Below, in pieces: positions 50,172-62,430 of a stretch of DNA of 64,000 nt. The translations under genes were made by a program, and so were the position numbers. The DNA comes from Sarea resinae. Its lineage: Eukaryota. Below the pieces are notes generated by a model, which was given only the letters and a program-made list of their open reading frames with translations, made no database searches and was not told where the DNA came from. The DNA lies in assembly GCA_026026165.1 (NCBI GenBank), contig JAPEUD010000020.1, positions 124,001 to 188,000 on the forward strand, written 5' to 3'. Position 1 is the first letter of the stretch; each line of letters starts with the position of its first letter.

Positions 50172-51667
50172 ATGCCGACGCCTCCACCGCCGGGCATCTA
50201 CGTGCCTGTGCCGACGTTCTTCCAACGACCTTCAAGCTCCAACGCCGCCCCCAATTCCAACCTCGACTCTACCAACAACAACAGCAACGCCCCCAAAACC
50301 TCCACGGCAACGCTCCCCCTAGACCTCGCCACGCAACGCCGACACGCGGTGCACCTCGCGCGCTGCGGCATCCGCGGTCTCGTCCTCCTGGGATCCACGG
50401 GCGAGGCGATCCACCTCAGCAGCGCAGAGCGGATCGCCGTGGTGGGCGCGGTGCGGGCCGCGCTCGACGACGCCGGTTTCCCGGACTATCCGCTGCTGGC
50501 GGGCACGGCGACGCAGAACGTGGCCGAGACGGTGCAGCAGCTGGCCGAGGCGCGCACGGCGGGCCGCGTGCAGTGGGGGCTGGTGCTCGTGCCGGGCTTT
50601 TTCGCGCCGCATGTTAGTGCGGAGGCGGTCGAGGCTTGGTTTACGGAGGTCGCTGATAGGAGTCCCGTGCCTATTCTGATGTGGGTTTGTTTTTTGGGTT
50701 TTTTTCTTCTCTCGTCTTTTGTGGATGGGCTTTTGTTTCTGTTTTCTGTCTCGTCTCCGTGTCTCTCTCTCTCTATCCATCCATGCATCCACCTCACAGC
50801 ACAACTTACCACTGCACCCCACTGCACCCCAATCCGCCCACGCCCACCCTCAGCTCTTCTTCCCCTTACTTACTTACCACCCACAGATACCACTACCCGC
50901 TCGTAAGCAACAACATCGCCCTCGGCCCCTCCACCTACCAGCACCTCTCCACGCACGCCAACATCGTCGGCGCCAAGCTCTCGCACTCGACGCTGTCCCA
51001 CCACACGCTGCTCTCCGCATCACCACACCCCTCGCTCGCCCCCGCCGTCTTCGCCACTTTCACAGGCCTGGGCCAGATGCTGGTCGGCGTGCTAGCCATG
51101 GGCGGCGCGGGCGCCATCGACGGCCTCGCGGGCGTGTTTCCCAGGGCTTATGTAAGGTTGTTCGAGCTGTATGTGGCGTGGGAGCGGTCGCAGTCGCAGT
51201 CGCCGGCACCTTCATCACCATCACCATCACCATCACCATCACCATCAAACACCCCACATATCCACCCCCTCCACACCATCCGCACCCTGCAGTACCACAT
51301 CGCCCGCGCCGAAGAGCTCGTGCTGAAATGGGGCACCGTCGGCACCAAAGAGGCCATGGCGCGCATCGCGGGGTTCGGGACCTCGGCCGCGGCGCGCGCG
51401 CCCTTGGCGGCGGGGTTCCCTGGCGGTGGTGGGGAGGCCGAGTGGGATTTCTGGGCGGCGGAGTTGGAGGGGTTGAGGGGGGTGGAGGAGGGGTTGGCTG
51501 GGGAGGAGAATAGAGAGAAGGAGGACAAGAAGGAGGAGAAGGGGGAGGAGAAGGGGGAGGTGGGGGAGAAAAGAGAGGAGAAGATAGAACAGGTAGAGGG
51601 GAAGATAGAGGAGGGGAATAGAGAGCAAGGGACAGAGGTAGAGGTGGTAGTAGAGGGAGTGCTTTAG
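50172..51667 (+). CDS. DHDPS/NAL-family aldolase, LRA4-like (2-keto-3-deoxy-L-rhamnonate aldolase)
   Basis: GIYVPVPTFF, GLVLLGSTGE, YHYPLVSNNI, NIVGAKLSH, TGLGQML and IARAEELVLKWG. Intron at about 50682-50887. Confidence 0.82.
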
Positions 51668-52690
51668 TGCTTTAGCAAACACTATAAGAAAGACATAGAG
51701 AGAGATATATATACAAGAGCGAGAGAGACACACACACGCACACACGCACACGCACACACGCACGCACGTAGCTAGAGAAAGATAGAAAGAAAGAGAGAGA
51801 GAAAGAATAGTTAAATACAACTCAAACACTAAAGAAAAAGAATAACAACCTATTAGCTAAAAGCTAAATCTCCTTACTCTTTCTTACCTTCTCTTAGTTT
51901 ACTCTACCTACTTACTCTACCTACCTTACTCTACCTTTCTTAGACTACCTAGAAAGAAAAACCCCTCTTATCTAGAGAATAGAAGAGAGTAGAGTAGAGT
52001 AGAGTAGAGTAGATTAAGTAGAGTAGTAAAGGATAGTACAGAGCAAAAGTAAAGAAGAGAAGAAGAGTAAAAGAGTATAGTCGAGTGTAAGAGAAGAAGA
52101 ATCGATATTAAGTAGAGTAGAAGAGAAGAGTAGAGTAGAATAGAGTAGAGTAGAGAAAGTCTAGAAGATAGAGGTAATTAGTAGAGAAGAATCTAGTAAA
52201 AGAGAAGTTAGAGAGAGAAAGACATAGTAGAGTAGAAAAGAGTAGATAATAAAGTAGAGTAGAGTAAAGAAAAGAAGAGTAGAATTATAGAGTAGATTAG
52301 ACTAGACTAGACTAGACTAGAGTAAGAGAGTAGAATAGAGTAGAATAGAGTAAAAAGAGTAGTTGTTTAGAGTAGACTAGACTAGAGAGTAATATATATA
52401 GAGAAGACTAAAAAATAGTAGAATATAATAAAGAATAGTAGAGTAGTAAAGAATAGTAGAAGAGAAAGATAGAGTAGAAGAGAAGAGTAAAGAAAAGTAT
52501 CTATTAAAAGCCTACACTCACACTTACACTTATACTTCTATCTATCTCTACCTCTAACTCTACCTCTATCTCTAACTATATTTATCTATCTTCTTTTTCT
52601 TCTTTTTCTTTACTTCTTCTTTACCTCTTCTTTAATTATTCTCTACCTCTTCTATTTTAGTTCACTTCTTCTACTTTAGTACACTCCTAC
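51668..52690. repeat. AT-rich, TpA-rich low-complexity tract with (TAGAG)n and (CTAGA)n, RIP-like
   Basis: Abrupt drop in GC, very few TG, abundant TAG. Confidence 0.75.
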
Positions 52691-53468
52691 ACAGCAGCAA
52701 TTCACAAAAAATCTAAGCCAACGACTGCATTGATTAACTGATCGATCGAGCTAGGACAGTAGTCTAGTCGGACCAAATCTAATACATCATCTACTAAGAC
52801 ACACACGACGCCACCAGATTAGACCATCATGCGGTATGTCGGTCTGCCTCGCTAGATAGGTGAAAATATGGTCGTAGGAGCTCTCGCTCGATCGATCGAT
52901 CGGAGGCGAGTCGATGGCCTCTATCAGTCTCTGCTCTCCTCTCGCTGCTTCACCTGCCCCTCTTCTTCTTCTTCTTCTTCTTCTTCTTCTTCTTCTTCTC
53001 TCTTCCTTCTGCCTTCTCCTCTCCTCTCGTCTGGTCTCCTCCCCAGACCTCCTCATCCTCTCGTCTTCTTCCACCAAAAAAAATGTCGCAGGGCGCAAAA
53101 GAACCGACGAAGCCCGAGGGCGTTCGGCGTCGGCACTCCTGGAACGGACCTTGTCATTGTCGTTGCGGTTTGCAGATGCGAAGCTTGCAAGGAGCATAGG
53201 ATGTGCAAAAAGCTCGAGCAGACTGTTTTGCGTGCGAGTCAAATCGAATCGAATCGGATATCGGGATCGTTGCAAATGAAGAAAAATATGCAAGGGAAGA
53301 AAAAAAAGTGTTGGTTTCAACAAAAACGAATGTATCGTGACGGGACGTGACGTTCGTAGCGTGGCGTAGCCTACAGGACGTCCATGCATGGCTGCGTAGC
53401 TTCTATTCCGGAAAACCTCGAAAATAATTAAAAAGTGGCATGAAAACCGTATGTTGCACGAAAAAAAT

Positions 53469-54297
53469 CTATCGGCGGACGTGAACGACCTGGCGGCGGG
53501 GAGAGCTGGTCTCGTATTCGTAGTCGTCATCCGAACAGCACGAGTCGCTGTCGAGGTACCCGCAGCGAGCACCGCCGCAGTCGAGCTTGACACGGTCACC
53601 CTTGCGCGTGATGCCCCAGCGGTTGCAGATGCACTCTGGCGCGTCGCTGCCGTCGCTGATGGACGTGACCGAGGAGCTGGAGCTGCGGGATGAGCCCGAC
53701 GTTAGAGAGCTGGCCGGGCTGCTTGACAAGTACGAGTCGTCCGAGTCGCTCAGCGCGGACGAGGCGAAGCGCGACGTCAGCTCTTCGACGGTCTGGCCCG
53801 AGGTCGGGTAGCCGGTGATTTTGCGCGTGGCGTTGGGCTTGACGGGGCGGGGATGCTGGATACGGCTGGGCGACAGGGCGCGGCCCTTGGGGATGTCGAC
53901 AGAGTTGGTCTTGCTGGAGCGCTTGCTGGTCGTGGTGGCCGCCGCGGACTTGCCGGCTGGGATGTCGACGATGTTCAGATTGCGGCCGGTGGTTTGCTCA
54001 GTGGTGTAAGGCTTGGCGGGGTCGTGCGAGACGTGGTAGCCGTCGAGCACGTACTGTCTGATGTCAGAAAAAGGGGCGGCGGACCCTGAGAGGAATCACA
54101 CATACGTAATACCAGTAACGCTGGCCCTGCTTGAGAGTGGTGCTGGGGAATCTAAAGGTGCCCTTCCATGCGCCACCCTTGGAGGTATCCTTGGAGAGCG
54201 GCAATTGCCCGTTGTAGTTGTCCCATGATCCGAGAAGATGGACGGTCTTGACGTTGGTCGAGGTGCGGAGGTTGAAGGAGAGTTGAATAGCAGCCAT
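53469..54297 (-). CDS. esdC: EsdC early sexual development protein (AMPK-type glycogen-binding domain)
   Basis: MAAIQLSFNLRTSTNVKTVHLLGSWDNY...RYWYY|YVLDGYHVSHDPA and C-terminal CICNRWGITRKGDRVKLDCGG. Intron 54054-54105. Confidence 0.85.
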
Positions 54298-55941
54298 TAT
54301 TGAAGATGTTCGTTTGTTGAAATAATTATTAATTCGGATGATTGAATATGCAGGGTAATAATCTTCACCAGGAAGTTTATTATTTAAAAAACAAAAAGCG
54401 ATATCGATTGATTTGATCGAGTTGAAGATGAGCAAGAGAGCTAAGTCGACCAGCGACAGAAAATTAATTAATGAAGAAGGAAGTTTGGGGGAAAGAGCAC
54501 AGCTCTTGGGGTGAAGAAAGGTGAAAATAAAAAGGACGAAATAGCTCTGTAAATTGAGTTGAGGCTTGCTGAGGAGAGAAAAGAGAGGAAGAGAGCGGCG
54601 AGGCTGCTCTTAAGAAGGCGTTTCAAGAGGGGCCCATCCGTTGGCTGGCGGCCTGGCCGGTTGTGCATCGCGACATGATCATGACCAGGACCATGACCTT
54701 GGCCATTTCCAGCTCTTGGATTGGACGTACGACGTGAGATGGGATGTCTGCCGTAGCCGGCCAGTCAAGAGGGCAGAAGCGAGTCTCTATTTCGAGATGG
54801 GCGCGTATGCACGGGGAGGGCAAATGGTTGGTGTTGAGGCCCGGACTTGGGCACTCGACGCCCCGGATGGCGTGCAGGAAACATTCAAGGCGAGAAGCCA
54901 ATGATGTCGCCCGATTCACGATGCAGGAAGACGATCATCGTCGACCACTGAAGAAAGCGGTATCGTTGAGCAGCGGAGGGGAGGGGAGGGGAGGGGGCGT
55001 GGAGTGGAGTGGAGTGGAGTGGACATGTGCGAGCAGTGCTCCGAGTGATCAGAGTGGGCGGCTGCATGAGACCCTGGTTGCTGCTTGCTTCTTGGTGTTG
55101 CTATCGGCACTGAGATTGACTGGCCTGGGCGCTTAGAGGGAGAGACAAAGACCGTCAAGAAGATACTTCATCGGGGTAATCAACGCCGGCCATGGACGTG
55201 TACCCCGACCCTGCCACCAGGTACCATCCTCCATCCCATTCCCCCATTCTTCTTCCCCATCCTGCTCTCTCTCTCTCTCTCCCTCTTATCCTCCGCCTTT
55301 ATCCTCTTCTTTCCCCACCCTCGTGCGTCTGTCTGTCTGGATGACCGCCGCTCGCCTCTTCGACTTGCACGAGCCGAGTACGTAACTTCGTACTTTTGCC
55401 CTCGTACAGAAGAGTCGCGCACACAGTCTTACGCTTTGGGCACCGTCCGCCTGTCATCTGCTATCGACAACGTTGCATGGGTGATGGCTGAGGACGGGCA
55501 GGAATTGGCGATGTCGTTGTCTTCGTCGTCGTCGTCGTCGTCGTCGATCTGATCCACCCGGTGTCTCCGCTCGCTGTGCCCGGTAAGAGAGCGAACCTTG
55601 AAATGCAGGCCGATCACACGCACACCCACATCCACACACATGCGCGAAAAATACCCTTCCTTCCCTGTAGTACAGGGCTACAGCCTTGCTATCTCGTTCG
55701 CAGTCATATTGGACCCTCACTTCATTGTAACATGCTGGTTGATATGACTATCTTCAAGCTCTGCCCGCCCATTGTCCGGCAGGGAATCATTGACCTCGAC
55801 CTTTTGGACCAAAGAAAAACAGCTAACATGAAAAGCTCCGACTATTCGCCGTCATGAGGAAACATACACTATCGCCGTAAAGGAAAAAGGGACTTCGTGA
55901 ACATCGCTATCGTAAATAGACCCCTGCCCCGGTAGCCCAGT

Positions 55942-57809
55942 TCAAATCTTGATCTCGGCGGGCACGTTGATGTCGAGCACGTCGACACCCTTCTGCAATT
56001 CGCTCTTGGTCGGCATCTTCAATCTCCTCATCAGCTCGGCGCACTTCGTCATGACTGGATCCATCTGCATGCTGGCCACGGCCACCACCGTCTCGCCGAG
56101 GCAGTAGTAAGCCGCGAATTTGCCTTCGTTGGGCTCACCCTTCAAGACCAAGTCATCCCATCCATTGGTCGTGTTACCACAGTATCGAAGCTGCGCGCCG
56201 AGTGCAGACCAAAAGATCGGGATGAATTGCTTCGGCTTGACGCAGGGATTCATGATGGTTTTGGCCACGCTGCGGCCGGCATTCTGGGCCACATTCCAAT
56301 GTTCAATGCGCGTGTATTTACCATTGCCACCCGGCCCATGGTAAGGGTATGTAGCGATATCACCAATGGCAAAGACATCTTGAGGTCCCTCGACAGCAAA
56401 CTCTTCATCCGTCCTCACCGAGCCGTCCTTTTCGAGTTGGATCTCCTTGGCATCTCGAAGGAACTCCGTGGCCGGGGAAACGCCAACGCCGACAATGACG
56501 AGATCGGCCTCGAGCACAGTACCATCCTTGAGTTGAACGGATCCAACCTTGCTCGGATCCTTGGCCGATGGCACTGCCTTTTCAACATCGGCTCCCAGCT
56601 TGAATTTGACGCCATTCTTTTCGACGAGTGACTTGAAGATGTTGCCGACTTTCGGTCCCATGACAGCCTCAAGCGGTGCCTGTTCCTTTCCGACGCAAGT
56701 GACATCGTTCTTCAGGTTTGCCAGGCAATTCGAAACCTCCATGCCGATGAATGAGCTGCCAATGACGACGATCTTCTTGCCGTTGTCACCGACAGCAGAG
56801 ACGATTGCTTTGGTATCGGTCAGGGTTCGGAGGAGAAAGACGTTCTTGAGATCTTTGAAGCCTGGTAGAGGCAATTGCTTCGGAGTGCCACCTGATGCCA
56901 GGATAAGCTTGGTGTATTGGTACTGCTTGCCCGACTCGCCCGTGACTGTCTTGCCGCCAAAGTCAACCTTTGTCACTCGATCGGTGATTCTATCGATATC
57001 GGCGTCGGAGTAGAAGTCGGCTGAGTGCCAGGCGGCTTTCGAGACATCTGCCAGAAGCGCCTTTGACAGCTTTGTGCGGTCGATCGGAGGGTAGTCTTCT
57101 TGCGAGATGACTGTGATGTGGCCCTTGTAACCTCCTCCGCGTAGACCGTGCAGAGCTCCGATAGTTCCACTGCCACTATTGGGAAATCCCGTGGTTAGCT
57201 GGATAAACATGAATATATCGCTGGGGTGTAGCGTACCCTCCAATGATCACCACCTTCTCACTTCCCTCAGCAAGACAACTGAAATTTGTTTCCCTCCTGC
57301 CATTGATGATTTCCTCCTCATCTCCTCTGATATAGACAGCACCATCCCGTTCGTAAACCTCGAACTTGGCCAAAGGGTCAAGGGCTGGTGCATCTTCGAC
57401 GTCCCCGGTTGCGACGGAGAAGCAAGCTATCAAGGTCAGCGGCGTTCAAGAGGGTGCAGATATTTTGTTGCTTACCTCCATGCCAAGGGCACGTCAGTCT
57501 GCCTTCTCCCGTCACGACACCTTTCATCAATGGGGCTCCATAGTGGGTGCAGTTGGGACTCGTAGCGTGGACCTTGTCGGCGTATTTGACGATCAAGACC
57601 TTGCCATCCTCGACACCTTCGACGTCGGCCTCACGCTTCTCGAAGTTTTTGAGGTCGAGCTTTGAGATCCCCTTGAGCTTGAACTCTCGGGCTTGAGCCA
57701 TGATTCGTGAGAACGAAGAGAAGTGGGTGCTTCGCAATTGGCGTCTGATTGATGGGCGTCCGAGTGGTAGGGTGGAGGTGTAGATGGACAAGAGTCGATA
57801 TGAGAGCAT
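55942..57809 (-). CDS. Rieske 2Fe-2S plus FAD pyridine-nucleotide oxidoreductase (AIF-like, AIFM3-type)
   Basis: CTHYGAPL...CPWHGACF Rieske motif, VVIIGGGSG, VVIGSSFIGME, FAIGDIA and RIEHWNVAQ. Two introns; alternative start at 57701. Confidence 0.92.
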
Positions 57810-59737
57810 CAACTTGGTAGGGCCCAACGTCGTAGAGGGACAGCTATCTTTTGGAGGAATTGAGTAACAAAAAAAAGGGTATCAAGATAGGAAGCAGTCA
57901 GGAAATAGTCCTAGTGTCTGATTGAGGTGCAGTAGGGGCTTCTTTTTGAGATGGACGGATACCTTAGGTCGTAGAAGTAGTAGTGGTAGTGAATGGTAGT
58001 GGTGTGGAGTAAGGTATGGATGGGAGTTTACGAGTAGAAGCGTAATCGCTAGCATGCAGTTACGTCGAGATTATCATCGAGTCCATCGATTTCTGTGTTA
58101 CAATTCTCTTCAGAGTAGTATCTGTACTGCACGGTACTCGATTCATTCATTTCTACTCTGCTCCTCCCCATTCCCTTGCCTAACAGTACTGTGTACGGAG
58201 TAGTGATGAATTCCTGGCTTGCGGCTGGGCTTTCCAAGGTTGTTGGACAAGAGAGCGAATCAACGTCATGTTGTCATGACTGCCATGTCAGTGGAGGTAT
58301 TTGCTTCGTACTGTACCTCGAGTGCACAGGCAAATGTATGGATCGAAGCCCTTCGTCGGCTCCCCGTCGACTACGGACGGAGTACTGCCTGAACGGATGG
58401 ATACCGCAGAGTACGATGAGTACTACGACGGTACTACTCCGGAGTACTCGAGTACTGAGTATCGATAGAGACCTTCGAAAAGTAAGTCCGACTTTCCAAT
58501 CACATCTCGTCCATTAGACAGCTCCACCCGCAACCCCACGGCACCCGAAATTGCTGGAGAGCCGACGAGCAGATAGTGTGCCCTAATGCACCTGAGAAGC
58601 GTTAGGCACGCCGCTGGAGAGATCGTCTCGCAGGGGGACAGCGAAGTAAACAGCGAGCTTCCCTTAGCATCACGGGCGATCTTGGACCGGATCCGTTACA
58701 CGTGTACGAAGTACTCGGTCGTGGTCCTGGTCGTCGCCAGAGAGCAATCCCATACTGGGTACTGCGTAGTCTCCGTACGCCGTGCTGAGCATCCACTGCG
58801 CCGTAACTCGCCTGGGCAAGGCACGGCTGGTAGGTCCACCCACTAAGAGCCCCTAGCCCGTCCCTTGGACGGATTCTGCAAACGTAAGACAGCCGGATGC
58901 ACATAAGAAATGCTGACTTAATCGCTGGTCCCTCTGTTCCTCCCCGTTGCCCTCGGATCTGTCATTGCCAATCGACGATCTCGCATCCGGGCGGGTGCGG
59001 AAATGGTAATGATAGCATGCAAAGTGCCGGCTATCTCCCTCAACCTCATCCTCTGCTAGCTACAATGACCATGGCTCGCTCGCGGGATTGGTCATCGTCG
59101 CCTGCCTCCCGCAGAGTTCCATTGTGCGCGACGAAGTTCTGGACTCGACGGTCGCGAACCTCGGAAGAAAACCCCTGCTGTCGTGGCTGCACCCCGGACC
59201 ATTGCTCTCTGCGTGCTTCAGAAATTGCTCCTCACCGCCGCGGGATCTCGGCCTTGGGCAGATCTTGAGATTGTTGGCGCGGGAAAATGCTAATCCAGGT
59301 CAAGCGCAAGGAGAGACTGCATGTTCCTTTTCCGCTAATAGTCCTATCGGATTAAAAGCTAAGGGAGACAGCGCAGGCGCCGCAGACAGCGCTCGTTGTG
59401 GAGTTTGAATTTGATCGCTCCGGGATAGGAAGGCCCGGAACAGGCTGCGATGAAGAGCTATTGAGGATTGCAAGAGATTTCAGAGAGCAGAGCCAATCGC
59501 CGCACTGCGGCTAATACATTGGAGTCAAGAAGAAGAGATCAAGTACGAAACGCTTGGCAAAGTGTCCGCTGTATCCAGATCGCTTCAAGCTGAAGACGCT
59601 GTGTATATATGCTCAGTCGACGATGGTGAGGCCGAAAAAGCATTGCCTGGGTGAATTAGATCAATTTCTCTAGCTTCCAATGCAATTTGTAATAGAAATG
59701 TTCGACACTTCAATATCCACAGGAAAGCGACGTGTCC

Positions 59738-60786
59738 TCATAACAACATCCATGCCAGGAGTGCAGTGATAGTCCAACTCCACGACGCTGTCTCTAGCAT
59801 CCTCATCCGAGCATCACTACTCTTGACCTCATCGTCGACAACCTTGCAAACCGTCTTATGGCTGGGCCCACCCGCAACATTGCATGCGCTATTAAATCCT
59901 TTATCAGTACCATCTTCACTGTCCGTAGTATTATAGAAGATTTGAATGCTCTGCACATTCATGGTGACATTTTTCAAACTCGGAGTGCCTGACCATTGGC
60001 TGCCATCGGCCCACAGGTTCATCTGGACGCTTCCTCCGACTCGTGGTATGTTGACAGTTGTATTATGCAAAGCTCTCGAGTTTTCGAAGAAGGTAATGCT
60101 GTTCTTGCTCCAGTCAAAACGATGCTCTTGGAGCTCAGTCCATGGCAACATCAGTGTTTCGGCCGTGGAGGCGCCTGGGATGGGGTTGTCTCGAGAATCG
60201 ACGGACGGATGTGTTGTGTAATGTATGGTCGTGTCGTTGGCTTCCTTCGTTAGCACCTCGATATCGATCTCGTTATCGTTATCCTGGATACCCATCGCAT
60301 TAGCAACTTCGTTTCGGGACAATTTTCTCTCGAGTTGTTACTGACGTGATACCAGAAGAAACCTCCCACACTCCCTCTATCTTCCGAGACATTAAAAACG
60401 GCCCTGAAGCTTCCATGCAGGAAGTCATCTCTCTTGCTCACGATCGCCGCGATGCTGACGCTGCGATTCGCCTCTCGATCTGCTACAGAATAAGCCCCTT
60501 GTCGCATTACAAGAACCCCATCTTGAATGAAAACATTGGACTCGCTGTAGGTCCTTGGAAACGGGTCCGATTGCGTGGCATTGGAGGACCAGGACTGGAC
60601 TGTCCAATCTGTAGAGAAATTGGCAGATCTGCTATTCAGCGCAGTAGCATCTGTGTAGTTGGTGAAATTACTCGTGAGGAGATAAGTATAATAAGCGTCT
60701 GTGTCTTGAAGTCGATAGCCACATTCACAGCGAGCATAGACAATGCTGGCTCCAGTGATAGCAGCTAGTAAGAGGGTCGAAAGCAT
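59738..60786 (-). CDS. Secreted glycoside hydrolase family 16, possibly GPI-anchored
   Basis: Signal peptide MLSTLLLAAITGASIVYA, CECGY, spliced GGFFWYH|DNDNEIDIE catalytic motif and a hydrophobic C-terminus. Intron 60284-60345. Confidence 0.85.
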
Positions 60787-61623
60787 TATGGTACAGCAGG
60801 TTATCTCAGGCTTCTCTGGTCAAGGGCAATTAGACATAGTAAAGAAGAGCACCATGGAACATCATTCACTCATATCGGTCTTGATATAAGCAGGGTCATT
60901 CGCAGTGGTAACCCAGAGACCTAGCTGTCGTCGTGTCGGCCAGTCCTACACGCATGCAGCAAACACATCACGAGGTACTAGAAACTGGAAGGTAAGGAGC
61001 CATTGCAGGCGGAAATGCATAGAACAGTTGATAAATGTCTTCATCGAATGAGATCGAGAAACAAAGACATTGGCGACAGACTAGAGGGAACATCTGCAGA
61101 TGGAGTAAATATTGGCAAATCGGATTGGTATATTCACAGATCGGATCAGTAACAGATGAGATGCGTCAATTGATGCACAGGCATGGATGCATATTCCCAT
61201 CGACCAAGCCCATATACGACAGAACTCAAGCATCGACGTCGTTTGTCGACAGCCGCTCTCTGCTTATTATTGGAAATACAGAAGGTCTTGCGTCGAAGCT
61301 AAAGCGACCAAAAGTGAGACTTGAACGATGAGGATACAGATCTCAGGTGACTCGTGGGAGGCTTGCTCGTTGTGATTTGTTAAAGGGTGCCGTGTTCGTG
61401 TCTGGGGACACTTTGTGACGCGATATCTCGTATACTTGCAGCATCCAAAAATAGCAACTATGTCGATGAACCGCCATCACCACATTATTGACAACCAGAC
61501 CTTTTTTCTATATTCCTCCGATTCTTTCAATGCTTATCTTTGACTAAGATGTTTGGCTCAATCAACCTATCTCCAAACCGACGTCCACGTTCCTTCACGT
61601 CCCCCCTGACTCCTAGCACTATC

Positions 61624-62430
61624 CTACTGCTCGGCTTTCGCATACAGGAAGTCGGTCCGCATTGTGAACTTGGTGCCACTTTTCACCTCATCTCCTGAAT
61701 GCAGCAAGAAGTTGTGTTGGAAGATCAGGATCCTGCCAGCCTTTGGCGCTACATCTAGGCGCTCTTTCATGTTTAGCGAGTGGAAAGTCGTTGACCCACC
61801 TTCGAGCTTGCCTTCCGCTGCTTCCATGCTCGAGTCGTTCAAATACAAATGCAACGTAATGTACGCCTTTTCTGCAGTCCCGGAGAGTGTATACGATCCG
61901 TCGCAATGAGCTGGTCCTTATCAGCATCAACTATCAAGCCTTCAAGGTCTCGTTCATCCCGCACCACTGAAGTATTGGCCTGGGCCATATCTCAGAAACC
62001 TCATGCGCTCGTTCAATCTCGATAACTTCCAGACCTCGCCCCTCATAGCAGCTCTATTTCCGGTGAGCTTGGGCCATTTGTCCAAGGCCTGAAGCTCAGG
62101 AATCCAGCCCGTAACCCTTGCCAATAAGCGCTCAGCCAGCTCAGGACAATCCCACATGATTCTTCCGCAATTGCGAGACTCCAAAGCTAACTCTTGCCTT
62201 CCTCCACCATGGTTGATCGTAGCTGGTTCCCACATTCCGTCGTTGTGGGCTTCTGCCGCAGCGACTAGTGTTCTGCATTCTTCCTCCGACAAGACACCGT
62301 CGAGGACAGTAGCGTATAGATCTTTGTATTCAGAGAGAGGGGTATCATTGAAGTCAATCCGAGATGCAGATATCGTGGGACCCGGCCGGGTCAAGAAATC
62401 GAGGGGCAGAGACGAAGCTTCTTCAGTCAT
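61624..62430 (-). CDS. 2OG-Fe(II) oxygenase (prolyl-4-hydroxylase-like)
   Basis: LNERMRFLRYGPGQYFS|AHCDG (HxD), TLHLYLN, GGSTTF and LHSGDEV...KFTMRTD. Intron 61911-61964. Confidence 0.88.

Noticed and set aside
51960..52510. CRISPR-like or telomeric array
   Set aside because: The DNA is eukaryotic, with degenerate pentamer repeats, no constant repeat-spacer structure and no TTAGGG arrays.
52787..53599. 270-aa minus-strand ORF, and similar microsatellite-containing ORFs across the intergenic regions
   Set aside because: These are chance ORFs through the esdC 3' end/UTR and the (CTT)n repeat, with no protein-like composition or motifs.
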